DNA from: Flavobacteriales bacterium
GTDB taxonomy: Bacteria; Bacteroidota; Bacteroidia; Flavobacteriales_F; PHOS-HE28
DNA: 64,000 bases
Assembly (NCBI GenBank): GCA_019638085.1
Contig: JAHBUL010000010.1
Span: 15,656 to 79,655 of the forward strand
Direction of reading: 5' to 3'
Below the pieces are notes generated by a model. It saw nothing but the letters and a program-made list of their open reading frames with translations. It did no database searches and was not told where the DNA came from. Both the position numbers and the translations under genes were made by a program. This document shows positions 30,010 to 39,369 of the stretch, piece after piece. How positions within the stretch are numbered: position 1 is the first letter of the stretch; the number at the start of each line of letters is the position of its first letter.

Positions 30010-30314
30010 GGAAGCTAGCGCTCGGGTTTTTCCGGAGTGCGCACCGCCCTAGGGCCTTCGGCCGGCCTCGGCACCACATACATCCGTACCGCACAGCACC
30101 GGCCAAAAGCAAAGCAAGCCGAGCCCCTGTTAACCCCGCCCGATATGCATCGGGCCAAGTCCGGGGCAAGCTGACCACTGGAAGCTCGCGCTCGGGTTTT
30201 TCCGGAGCCTGCGCGCCGCAGGCATGTGCGCGCCGTCCTAGGGCCTCCGGCCCGCCTCAGTCCCACGTACATCCGTAACGCACAGCACCGGCCAAAAGCA
30301 AAGCCAGCCGAGCC
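30010..30314. repeat. Two tandem ~116-bp palindromic units (30010-30125, 30180-30314)
   Basis: Both read ggaagct.gcgctcgggtttttccggag...cctagggcct.cggcc...tacatccgta.cgcacagcaccggccaaaagcaaagc.agccgagcc; ends are GCTCGG/CCGAGC; copy 2 has an extra 18-bp hairpin. Confidence 0.9.
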
Positions 30315-30363
30315 GCACCCTGACAACCGACTCCTGACAACTGACAACAAAAGGCGAAGCGCC

Positions 30364-31062
30364 TCACTTCTTCTTCGCCGCCGCCTTCTTCTTTACCGCG
30401 GTCTTCGCGGCTTTCTTGGCAGGTGCAGCCTTCACCGGGGCCTCATTGGGGAACAACCCATGGATCTCCGCATCAATGGAATTGATGATGGTGCCGAGGT
30501 CCTCCGGATTGGTGTGGAAGGCATTCTGGTCCACATCGATCACCAGCACCTTACCCTTATCGTAGGTGCTGATCCACGCCTCGTAGCGCTCGTGCAGGCG
30601 CTTGAGGTAATCGATGCTGATGCTGCTCTCATAGTCGCGGCCGCGCTCCGCGATCTGGCTCACCAGATTGGGAACACTGGCGCGGAGGTAGATCATCAGG
30701 TCCGGTGGGGTAACGGCGCTGTCCATGTTCTTGAACAGGCGGAAGTAGTTCTCGAAATCGCGTGTGGTCATCAACCCCATGGCGTGGAGGTTGGGTGCGA
30801 AGATGTACGCATCCTCATAGATCGTGCGGTCCTGCACCACGTTGCGCCCGCTGTTGCGGATGTCCAGCAGTTGTTCGAAGCGCGAGTTCAGGAAGAAGAT
30901 CTGGAGGTTGAAGCTCCAGCGCTGCATGTCCTTGTAGAAATCGAAGAGGTAGGGATTGTTGTCCACCGCTTCCTCCAGGCGGTCCCAGTTGTAATGTTTG
31001 GCCAGTAGCTTGGTAAGGGTGGTTTTACCTGAGCCGATATTTCCTGCGATCGCTATATGCAT
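30364..31062 (-). CDS. Deoxynucleoside kinase (dNK/dgk-dck family) with Lys/Ala-rich tail
   Basis: IAIAGNIGSGKTT P-loop, QDRTIYED, RGRDYE. Confidence 0.93.
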   Translation of the reverse strand: MHIAIAGNIGSGKTTLTKLLAKHYNWDRLEEAVDNNPYLFDFYKDMQRWSFNLQIFFLNSRFEQLLDIRNSGRNVVQDRTIYEDAYIFAPNLHAMGLMTTRDFENYFRLFKNMDSAVTPPDLMIYLRASVPNLVSQIAERGRDYESSISIDYLKRLHERYEAWISTYDKGKVLVIDVDQNAFHTNPEDLGTIINSIDAEIHGLFPNEAPVKAAPAKKAAKTAVKKKAAAKKK

Positions 31063-31158
31063 GATGATGTTCACTTGGGGAGGATCGCGAAAATACCCCC
31101 TGCGGCGCAAGCAAGGTGCCGATGTGGATAAAGTCTGTGAAAGCGAGGCCTGCCAAAC

Positions 31159-31965
31159 TCACTTGCCGATGGAGGACACCCGGATACCATCCGGCGTTTG
31201 GCGATAGAGGCGGCCATGTTCAATGCGCGCGCTCAGCACCTCCACTGTTGAATTCCCCTGTGGCCAGTCCACCATTTCCGTGGTGAATGCGCGCAGGTCG
31301 TAACGTTCCAGCTGCCCCTCGTTCACGTACCAGAGGAAGCCTTCCCGCACTTGGATGCGATCCACACCATGGATCGGCAAGGTGCGCACGAAGGTGCCGA
31401 ACAGGTCGAAGACGAGCACGCCATGCTTGGGGTCCACCATGTATAGGCGGTTGTCGGCCTCCTCCATGTATGTGGGTTGCGGTGTGAAGCTCAGTAGCTG
31501 GTCCAGCCGCCCGGTATTGGCAATTTGCTTCAGCTTGCCGTCCACGCGCATCAGCGCCATGTCCCGTTCATCAAAGAACCAGAAGCGGCCTTGTACTCCT
31601 GTGCATACCAAGGTCACTTGTGGGTAGCCATTGCGCGAAAGGTCCATGAAACCTCCTTGGGTGCTCAGGGTATTGTCCAGCAGGGCGAGCTGCCCTTGGT
31701 TGCGGGAGAAGATCATCGGCTTCATCGAGGAGTAGGCATCGATGCGGCTGATCAGGCCAAAGGCGTTGAGGCTGTTATGTGCCACATGCTCCCCTTGTCT
31801 ATTGAACAGGTCGAGGTCGTTCCCGCGGACCGTATAGAGGTTCCCCAGTTCATCCGTGGTGAACAGGTCGATGGGGCCTTCCACGCTCCATTGTGCAGTA
31901 TCGCCCTGGGCCCACGATGGGCTCCATAAGGCTGTCAACAGTAAAACGGTAAGAAGCCGTCTCAT
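31159..31965 (-). CDS. Exported hypothetical protein (beta-propeller-like)
   Basis: Signal peptide MRRLLTVLLL; D.LGNLY, LDNTL, VFDLFGTF motifs; ATGA overlap with the GH3 stop. Confidence 0.75.
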   Translation of the reverse strand: MRRLLTVLLLTALWSPSWAQGDTAQWSVEGPIDLFTTDELGNLYTVRGNDLDLFNRQGEHVAHNSLNAFGLISRIDAYSSMKPMIFSRNQGQLALLDNTLSTQGGFMDLSRNGYPQVTLVCTGVQGRFWFFDERDMALMRVDGKLKQIANTGRLDQLLSFTPQPTYMEEADNRLYMVDPKHGVLVFDLFGTFVRTLPIHGVDRIQVREGFLWYVNEGQLERYDLRAFTTEMVDWPQGNSTVEVLSARIEHGRLYRQTPDGIRVSSIGK

Positions 31966-33473
31966 GCCGATGTGCAGAGCAACAACTGGTCCAAGATCAC
32001 GCGGTCGTTGCACAGGCGGGGCACCTTGTTCTGTCCGCCCAATTTGCCGCGCAATTTGAGCCAACTGTGGAACGTGCCTTTGGCCACGGCATGCACAATG
32101 GGCCGTTGCAGGACCATACCGGTACTGCGTTTGGCATCGTAGTCGCTATTGAGACCACGCATGGTACTGTCCAGCACATCGGTGAACCGCTCGAGGTCAC
32201 CGGGTAGCTCCTCGAACTCGATCATCCATTCATGTCCGCCTTGTGCCGCTTCATCCATGTATACCGGGCCGGCCGTGTAATCGCTCACCACTCCTCCGGC
32301 GGCTTGGCAGGCGGCTTGGATACCGCGATCCGCATTCTCCACGATCAGCTCTTCGCCAAAGGCATTGATGAAACTGCGGGTCCGGCCGCTCACCTTCAAC
32401 CGGTAGGGGCGGGTCTCCGTGAAGTGGATGGTATCGCCGGGCAAGTATCGCCAGAGCCCGGCGTTGGTGCTGATCACCAATGCGTACTCTTCGTCCACTT
32501 CCACTTCATGCAACAGTTTGGTGGGTGGTTGTTCGCGGTGGAGGTCCTTTACCGGGATGAACTCAAAAAAGATCCCGTAATCCAGCATCAGCAAGAGGTC
32601 CTCTGAACCTTGTACATCGGTGATGCCGAAGAAGCCCTCGCTGGCATTGTACGTCTCCAAGTAATTCACGGCGGGTGAGGGGAAGAGCTTTTTGTACTGT
32701 TCCCGGTACGGCCGGAAGCTGACGCCACCGTGCATGAAGAGCTCCAGATTGGGCCATACCTCCAGAATGTTCTTTTTGCCGGTGAGTTCCAGTACACGCT
32801 TCAGCACGACCAGCGTCCAGGAAGGCACGCCGGCGATGCTGCGCACATCCTCGCGCATGGTCTCGCGTGCCATCCGTTCCACTTTCGCCTCCCAGTCCTC
32901 CATCAGCGCCGTTTCGATCACGGGAGTGCGCCTTACCTCCACCCACAAAGGCAGGTTGCGGATGATGATGGCGCTGAGATCACCGGTATAGGCATCGGTG
33001 CGCAAGGGTTCCACGGCGCTGCTGCCGCCCACCACCATGGTCATACCTTGGTACAACCGGCTTTGCGGCTGCATGGCGAAATGCAGGGCCACCAGGTCCT
33101 TGCCGCCCTTGTAATGGCATTCCTCCAACGCTTCGCGGCTCACGGGAATGTACTTGCTCTTGGCATTGGTGGTTCCGCTGCTCTTGGCGAACCAGCGAAT
33201 ATCAGTAGGCCAGAGCAGGTTCTGCTCCCCGGCCCGCATGCGGTCCACCCAAGGCTTCACATCCACATAATCCTGAAGTGGCACACGTTGGCGGAACACA
33301 TCCGGATCGGTGATGGTGCCGTAATCATACCGCCGGCCCCATTCGGTATAGCGCGCGGATTCCATCAACCTGTGGAACACCTCCAACTGGGCCTCATGGG
33401 GGTGGTCGCGGAACAGCTCGATCTGCTGCAGCCGCTTTTTCATCAGGAAGGAGAACAGCGCGTTAACAGGCAT
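31962..33473 (-). CDS. GH3 (auxin-responsive promoter family) acyl-adenylate/amido synthetase
   Basis: KSSGTT...SKYIP, YNASEGFF, GLWRY..GD, KLGGQNKVPRL. Confidence 0.92.
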   Translation of the reverse strand: MPVNALFSFLMKKRLQQIELFRDHPHEAQLEVFHRLMESARYTEWGRRYDYGTITDPDVFRQRVPLQDYVDVKPWVDRMRAGEQNLLWPTDIRWFAKSSGTTNAKSKYIPVSREALEECHYKGGKDLVALHFAMQPQSRLYQGMTMVVGGSSAVEPLRTDAYTGDLSAIIIRNLPLWVEVRRTPVIETALMEDWEAKVERMARETMREDVRSIAGVPSWTLVVLKRVLELTGKKNILEVWPNLELFMHGGVSFRPYREQYKKLFPSPAVNYLETYNASEGFFGITDVQGSEDLLLMLDYGIFFEFIPVKDLHREQPPTKLLHEVEVDEEYALVISTNAGLWRYLPGDTIHFTETRPYRLKVSGRTRSFINAFGEELIVENADRGIQAACQAAGGVVSDYTAGPVYMDEAAQGGHEWMIEFEELPGDLERFTDVLDSTMRGLNSDYDAKRSTGMVLQRPIVHAVAKGTFHSWLKLRGKLGGQNKVPRLCNDRVILDQLLLCTSA

Positions 33474-33529
33474 GGTCGGGGTGTGGGGGAAGCGCCTACT
33501 TTCGTGCGGAAGGTAATACTGGAGCTGAA

Positions 33530-34351
33530 ATGGAAGGATCACCCTTGCGTAAAATGAGGGCCGCAGTGGATGCTGGAGGGGATGGCCTCCAGACCCGGCA
33601 GGTGAAGTATGAATTGCAATTGGCCTCAGGGGCCACTCCACTAGCAGAGCGCATCTCGGAAGATCTCACACTGCGCTTCACCGGCATCCGGACCTGTGTT
33701 TCCTGTGGAAAGCGGGTGAAGAAATTCTATGGCCAAGGCACCTGCTTTCCCTGCTTGCGGAATGCTCCGGAAAGCAGTCCTTGCATCATACGCCCGGAAC
33801 TCTGCGAGGCCCATCTTGGCAAAGGAAGGGACGTGCAATGGGAACTCGATCACCACATGCAGGAACATATCGTCTACCTCTCCTTCACTGGTGATGTGAA
33901 AGTGGGTGTGACCAGAAGCACGCAGGTCCCTGTGCGCTGGATCGACCAAGGAGCTCTGCTGGCCGTGCCCATAGCCAAAGTGCCCTACCGCCAGTTGGCC
34001 GGTGCCATCGAGGTGGACCTGAAGCGGATCTTCTCCGACCGCACGGACTGGCGCAGGATGTTGCTCCTCTCGGATCCCGAAGCGGGTGTGGAGCCTTTGC
34101 GGATGGCACGGGAAAAAGCAATGCGTGAAGTGGATCCCGTTTTCCAAGCGTACATCTTACCTGAGAAACCTCTGTACCACCTGTCCTATCCCTTGGTCCA
34201 TGTGCCCCCGAAGCTGGTGAGCGTGCAATTGGACAAGCTGCCGGAGATCACAGGCCGCTTGCAGGGCATCAAAGGGCAGTACCTCGTCTGGTCGGACGGT
34301 CGGGTGCTGAACGTGCGCAACCACATCGGGTACCACGTGGTGTTGGAATAG
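33530..34351 (+). CDS. DUF2797 family protein (Zn-finger-containing)
   Basis: CVSCG...QG.CFPC...CIIRPELCEAH; KVGVTR..Q.P.RWIDQGA; L.GIKGQYL. Confidence 0.88.
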   Translation: MEGSPLRKMRAAVDAGGDGLQTRQVKYELQLASGATPLAERISEDLTLRFTGIRTCVSCGKRVKKFYGQGTCFPCLRNAPESSPCIIRPELCEAHLGKGRDVQWELDHHMQEHIVYLSFTGDVKVGVTRSTQVPVRWIDQGALLAVPIAKVPYRQLAGAIEVDLKRIFSDRTDWRRMLLLSDPEAGVEPLRMAREKAMREVDPVFQAYILPEKPLYHLSYPLVHVPPKLVSVQLDKLPEITGRLQGIKGQYLVWSDGRVLNVRNHIGYHVVLE

Positions 34352-34493
34352 TTCCATGGCTCCCGGAAATAGCTCCATCAAGGTCTCTCGCAGAGGACCT
34401 CGATGCCCCGAATGATGAATTTTCCACTTCAACTGTAACCTTCCCGCAAACACCCCCGTTACACTGCTCGGGTTTGGATTTTGGGTTATGGGT

Positions 34494-34529
34494 GGAAGGG
34501 TCCGGCGAGAGTCGGGCCCTTCCTATTTT
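34494..34529. terminator. Hairpin terminator between convergent DUF2797 and sppA
   Basis: ggaagggtccggc-gaga-gtcgggcccttcc followed by tatttt. Confidence 0.65.
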
Positions 34530-34537
34530 ACACGGTT

Positions 34538-36358
34538 TCAGTATACCTCCACCTCGAAGGGCATCCTGGCTTGGATCCCGGTGATGCTGCGCACCCGCTT
34601 CACCTGCTCGAAGCGGTGCAACATCTCTGCATCCTCTCCGAAGGCCTCCGTGGCCAGCCATGAACGGGCTTGGATGTTCAAGCTTTCACGCAGCTCTTGG
34701 AAGAAGTCCTTCTGTTCGGGATAGCCCACGAGGCGGTATTCACCCTCCTGCAGATCGGCCCTTCGCGCTGCTTCGGCCGTGGCTGCTTCCAGGCCACCCA
34801 GTTCATCCACCAGCCCGATGCGCAGGGCATCCACGCCGGTCCATACACGACCCTGTCCGATGCTGTCCACTTGGGCCACCTGCATGCCGCGGCCCTCGGC
34901 CACTCGCTGGGTGAAGGTGGCGTAGAAATTATCGATGAAGCCTTGGATGATCCCTTTCTCTTCTTCCGTTAGCGGCCGCGTTACGGTCATCATACCCGCA
35001 TATTTATGCGTCTGCACGCCATCGAAGGTCAGGCCGAGCTTGTCATTGAAGAAGCCCTTCATATTGGGGATCATGCCGAAAACGCCGATGCTCCCGGTAA
35101 TGGTGGTGGGCTCTGCATAGATGCGGTCAGCAGCGCAGCTGATGTAGTACCCTCCGCTTGCGGCCACGTCGCCCATGCTCACCACCACGGGTTTCACGGC
35201 CTTGGCCAGCAGCATTTCCCGCCAGATCACGTCGCTCGCAAGTCCACTGCCCCCGGGGCTGTTCACCCGCAACACAATGGCCTTCACGGAGGTATCCTTC
35301 CTGGCCTTGCGGATGGCCTCGCTCAAGGTGGCGCCGCCGATGCTGCCATCACTGCTCTCCCCGTCCACGATATCGCCTTGGGCATAGACCACTGCGATCT
35401 TGTCCCGTCTTTTGGATACTTCGCTCACATCCTTCTCGGGCTTCACCTTGGCCACATACGCCTTGGTATAGTCGGAAAGCCCCACGAATTTGATGTCCTT
35501 GTCGGCATCCAGTCCCATGCGCTGCTTCAGGTCGGTAAGCACTTGGTCGCGATAGAGCAGGCTGTCCACCAGTCCATGGCTCACGGCATCCTCTGCCTTG
35601 CGCACCAGCATACCAGCGGCAATGGCATTCAGCTTGGTCGTGTCCAAATTGCGTTGTGCACCCACTTCGGTGATGTAGTTGCCCCAGATGCTGTTCAGCA
35701 AGGTGCTCACCTGCATCTTGTTCGCCGGGCTCATGTCCTTGCGGGTGAAGGCCTCGCCAAAGCTCTTGAACTTGTTATCGCTACCACGGATGAACTGGAT
35801 GTCCACTCCCAGCTTCTCGAAGAGGCCGGTAAAGAACATCATCTCGCTGCGCAGACCACGCATGTCCAGATCACCTTGCGGTACCATGTACACGTGATCG
35901 GCCACGCTGGCGAGGTAGTAGGTCTTTTGCGTAAAGACATCGGCGAAGGCCACGATCGGCTTGCCGCTTTCCGCCTTGAACTCCACCAGTTTGTCACGGA
36001 TCTCCTTCAGGGTCGTGAGCCCTGCATCCACCATGGCCAGATCCATGAAGATCCCCTTGATGCGGTCGTCGTGCTTGGCCTTTTCGATGTTCTCCAGAAT
36101 GTCGTTCAGCCCCAACTTGCCAGTTCCCTTGAACGGACCAAAGTCAAGGTTGAGCGCATCCTTGGGTCCACGGTCGATGATCGGTTGGTTCAGCTTGATC
36201 TGCAACACGGAGTTGTCCGACACGGAGGTGGCCTTGCTCTCCATGCTGAACGCGCTGCCCAAGGCTGCGAGGAAGCCGAAGAAGAGCATGATCAACACCA
36301 AGCCGATGAGCAAGGTGCCCAACATGGAAGCGAACATGAATTTGATGAACTGGCGCAT
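34538..36358 (-). CDS. sppA: Signal peptide peptidase SppA (67-kDa type, S49)
   Basis: LRVNSPGGS, VSMGDVAASGGYY, TGSIGV, GQGRVWTG; -7 box TACTTTTG at 36381-36388. Confidence 0.96.
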   Translation of the reverse strand: MRQFIKFMFASMLGTLLIGLVLIMLFFGFLAALGSAFSMESKATSVSDNSVLQIKLNQPIIDRGPKDALNLDFGPFKGTGKLGLNDILENIEKAKHDDRIKGIFMDLAMVDAGLTTLKEIRDKLVEFKAESGKPIVAFADVFTQKTYYLASVADHVYMVPQGDLDMRGLRSEMMFFTGLFEKLGVDIQFIRGSDNKFKSFGEAFTRKDMSPANKMQVSTLLNSIWGNYITEVGAQRNLDTTKLNAIAAGMLVRKAEDAVSHGLVDSLLYRDQVLTDLKQRMGLDADKDIKFVGLSDYTKAYVAKVKPEKDVSEVSKRRDKIAVVYAQGDIVDGESSDGSIGGATLSEAIRKARKDTSVKAIVLRVNSPGGSGLASDVIWREMLLAKAVKPVVVSMGDVAASGGYYISCAADRIYAEPTTITGSIGVFGMIPNMKGFFNDKLGLTFDGVQTHKYAGMMTVTRPLTEEEKGIIQGFIDNFYATFTQRVAEGRGMQVAQVDSIGQGRVWTGVDALRIGLVDELGGLEAATAEAARRADLQEGEYRLVGYPEQKDFFQELRESLNIQARSWLATEAFGEDAEMLHRFEQVKRVRSITGIQARMPFEVEVY

Positions 36359-36459
36359 AGGAAAGGGATTTTCGTTGGATCAAAAGTAGCCTTAGGTATG
36401 GATGCTCATTCGGTGATCACATGGGCGGCGGTGGTAGGGGGTGAGCGGAGGGTGGTTCC

Positions 36460-36567
36460 GAGTCGTTAGTCCGGAGTCCTGAGTCTGGAGTCCTGAGTCT
36501 GGGGTCGTGAGTCCGAGTTCACCAATCACCAGCCACCAATCAATCTTCTCCGCGCCTCTGCGTCCCC
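36460..36567. repeat. Composite short-tandem intergenic repeat, copy B
   Basis: (GAGTCNN)x8 + tcaccaatcaccagccaccaatca + tcttctccgcgcctctgcgtc, abutting the stop codon at 36568. Confidence 0.8.
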
Positions 36568-37815
36568 TTACGCACACTCCAACGTCAACACCGTGATCTC
36601 CGGCGGCATGCCCACCCGGCCGGGGAAACCGATGAATCCAAAACCGCGGTTCACATAGAGCTGTAGCCCGTCCTTTTCATACAGCCCGGCCCACTGCTCG
36701 TAGATCCACTGAGCTGGGCTGTAGGTGTGCCCATTGACCGTGATGCCGAATTGGGCACCATGTGTATGCCCTGCCAACATCAGGTCAATACCCGTGGCGC
36801 GGACCTGAGCGTCCCAATGGGTGGGGTCATGGCTCATCAACAACCGGAATTTGCCGGGGTCCGTGCCTGCTACGGCCTTGGCCAGGTCACCATATTGCTG
36901 AAAGCGGGTCCCCCAGTTCTGCACACCGATCAAGCTGAAGCTCTCACCGTCCTTCTCGATCGGTACATGCTCATCCCGCAACAGCCGGAAACCCATGGTG
37001 CGGTGGTGCTCCATCAAGCGTTCCAGGTTGGCGCGCTTCGCCGTTTCGCTTTCCCATCTGGAATAGTCGCCATAGTCGTGGTTCCCGAGGATGGAATATT
37101 TACCATTGGTTGCTTGCAGGCCGGCGATGGTATCCAGCCAAGGCTCCACCTCATCCGCGAAGTTGTTCACCAGGTCGCCGGTGAAAAGGATCAGGTCGGG
37201 CTTCTGCGCATTGATCAGGTCGATGCCGTGCTGCACCACATCGGTGCTGTTCCCGAAGCTGCCGAGGTGCATATCGCTGATCTGCACGACTCGGAATCCA
37301 TCGAATGCTTTCGGTAGGTTCCGCACTTTCACCGGTACATGCGCCAGCTTGAAATACCTCCAACCCCGTGTGAGCCCATAGAGCACGCCGGTGAACGGGA
37401 TGGCGGCCAAAGCGAGGCCCACTTGCGAAATGAAACGGATCCGGCCGGGATCAGCGCTGGCTGTTGTGCCGGGAGCCAACTTGTCCCAGCCTCGTCTCAA
37501 CAGTTCCACCAGGTCCTCCAGCCCATGGAAGAGCACGATGATCACCTTGGGCAGGAGCAGGAGGAAGAAGATGCCGATGACAGTGTACATGAACGCACGG
37601 TTCTGCGAAGCATGCAGTTCATTCATCTGGGATGCACCGTAAACGATCATCACCAGCACGCCGATGCTCACGGTCCAATAGAGGATGCGCAGCACGCGCT
37701 GAAAGCCGAAGGCCATACCGCTCAAGGCGGTACTGATGCCACGCCACGCGTAGAGATCGATCAGCAGCAATACGAACAGGAAGAGGATGAGACGGAGCAA
37801 GGCGGTAGCTGACAT
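36568..37815 (-). CDS. Membrane-anchored metallophosphoesterase (YkuE/YaeI-like)
   Basis: SDMH, TGDLVN, GNHD, SHDP, GHTHG motifs; N-terminal TMs. Confidence 0.92.
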   Translation of the reverse strand: MSATALLRLILFLFVLLLIDLYAWRGISTALSGMAFGFQRVLRILYWTVSIGVLVMIVYGASQMNELHASQNRAFMYTVIGIFFLLLLPKVIIVLFHGLEDLVELLRRGWDKLAPGTTASADPGRIRFISQVGLALAAIPFTGVLYGLTRGWRYFKLAHVPVKVRNLPKAFDGFRVVQISDMHLGSFGNSTDVVQHGIDLINAQKPDLILFTGDLVNNFADEVEPWLDTIAGLQATNGKYSILGNHDYGDYSRWESETAKRANLERLMEHHRTMGFRLLRDEHVPIEKDGESFSLIGVQNWGTRFQQYGDLAKAVAGTDPGKFRLLMSHDPTHWDAQVRATGIDLMLAGHTHGAQFGITVNGHTYSPAQWIYEQWAGLYEKDGLQLYVNRGFGFIGFPGRVGMPPEITVLTLECA

Positions 37816-37911
37816 GGGGCAAAGGTCGGGGAGAAGAACCCGTTGGCGGACCCTGAAGGATTTCGATTTGGCTTTTGGGAGAAGGCTAGGGTACCTTGGC
37901 GCACCAAATAA

Positions 37912-39369
37912 ATGCCCGTGATTCCCCGCTCCTTCCTAATGCTTCTGGCGGTATCTGTTTGTTGCTCTGTCTATTCACAGACGACATGGCAGAGTACCTA
38001 CGGTGGGTATGGTTTGGATGAAGGACATGGGGTACGTGAGACAAGTGATCATGGGTTCATAGTTGTAGGCTCTACTGGAAGCTTCGGCGCTGGATCAAGT
38101 GATGTTTATGTTTTAAAGTTGGACAGTGCGGGAAACAGGGAATGGTCCGTTGCCATCGGTGGCCCCACTGTGGATCAAGGTTGGTCGATCAGGCAGTTGG
38201 ATGATGGTGGATATATCGTTGCTGGTTTCACCCTAGGGGGTACAGGAGGTAGTTATGATGGCCTCATGATCAGACTCGATGGGAGTGGTGAAGTGCTTTG
38301 GCAGAAGACCCATGGAGGAGCGGGATGGGACTTTTTTTATGATGTGGAAGTATTGAGCGATGGCTTTGCCTTGGCTGGTACTACTGAAGTCAATGGGGAC
38401 GCACAAGGCTGGTTGGTTCGAACGGACCTGGACGGAAACATTGTTTGGGAGCGGAACTTTGGTGATGGAGGCACGGATGAGGCACGTTGTGTACGCTTGA
38501 CGACTGATGGGGGGCTAGTGGTTGCAGGCACTTGGACATATACGGATGGTACAAGCGATGCTGCCATCATAAAATATGGTGATGACGGTGATCAGGAATG
38601 GTCAGCCACATTGGGTGGTGATAGCATCGAGGTTGGGTACAGTGTTGTGGAGACCAGTGATGGTGGCTATGCCGTTGGAGGGTATACAACCAGCTTTTCC
38701 TCGAATCGGGCGATGTTATTGGCGAAAGTGGACATGAATGGAGACTTTTTGTGGATCAATCAAGTAGCTGGTGGTCAAGGTGAATGGGAGGGACGGAGCA
38801 TCCGTGAAAACTATGATGGAGGTTTAGTGCTGGCTGGGTATACCTCATCCTATGGTGCCGGTGGTTATGATTTCTACATGGCGCAGACGGATCTGAATGG
38901 CAGTTGGATCAGCGGACCAAATTTCGGAGGCAGTGGAAATGAGTTGTGCTGGGGAATGGACCTCGTATCTGATGGAGGTTATGTTCTTGTAGGCACCACG
39001 GACGGCTTAGGCCCAGGCATTACTGCTGTGTATGTGGTGAAGAACGCAGGCGATGTGATCACTGACCCGTTTAATATTGAGTTTGATCCATTGGTCGTGC
39101 GTGAAGCAGTGGGCTATGCTCCGCTCACTCTCTCACCCAATCCCGTACGTCCTAACGGCTTCCTTGAATTGGGAACTGCTGAATTTCTGCGGAATGGATG
39201 GAATGCCGAGCTATTGGACCTGAATGGAGGCTTGGTGGGAGTTGGTCAAGGCCGACCGGGACATAGGGTACTTTCAGTTCCGGGGCTTTCATCCGGGGCA
39301 TACATTCTCAGGTTGACGAATCCAGATGGTCAGATGACTTCATCTAAATTCATCGTTCAACCGGAATAG
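37912..39369 (+). CDS. Secreted repeat (propeller-like) protein with T9SS type A CTD
   Basis: Signal peptide; T.DGG..VAG.T and D..G...W...GG repeats; LSPNP...LSSGAY...KFIV CTD; visibly lower GC. Confidence 0.85.
   Translation: MPVIPRSFLMLLAVSVCCSVYSQTTWQSTYGGYGLDEGHGVRETSDHGFIVVGSTGSFGAGSSDVYVLKLDSAGNREWSVAIGGPTVDQGWSIRQLDDGGYIVAGFTLGGTGGSYDGLMIRLDGSGEVLWQKTHGGAGWDFFYDVEVLSDGFALAGTTEVNGDAQGWLVRTDLDGNIVWERNFGDGGTDEARCVRLTTDGGLVVAGTWTYTDGTSDAAIIKYGDDGDQEWSATLGGDSIEVGYSVVETSDGGYAVGGYTTSFSSNRAMLLAKVDMNGDFLWINQVAGGQGEWEGRSIRENYDGGLVLAGYTSSYGAGGYDFYMAQTDLNGSWISGPNFGGSGNELCWGMDLVSDGGYVLVGTTDGLGPGITAVYVVKNAGDVITDPFNIEFDPLVVREAVGYAPLTLSPNPVRPNGFLELGTAEFLRNGWNAELLDLNGGLVGVGQGRPGHRVLSVPGLSSGAYILRLTNPDGQMTSSKFIVQPE

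Noticed and set aside
30010-30314. Tandem repeats as a CRISPR array or HDV-like ribozyme (ggccgg/ccggcc plus ctcggc/gccgag crossing stems)
   Set aside because: Only two long units and no cas genes; the HDV P3/L3/P1.1 core is missing and the crossing stems are not kept in copy 2.
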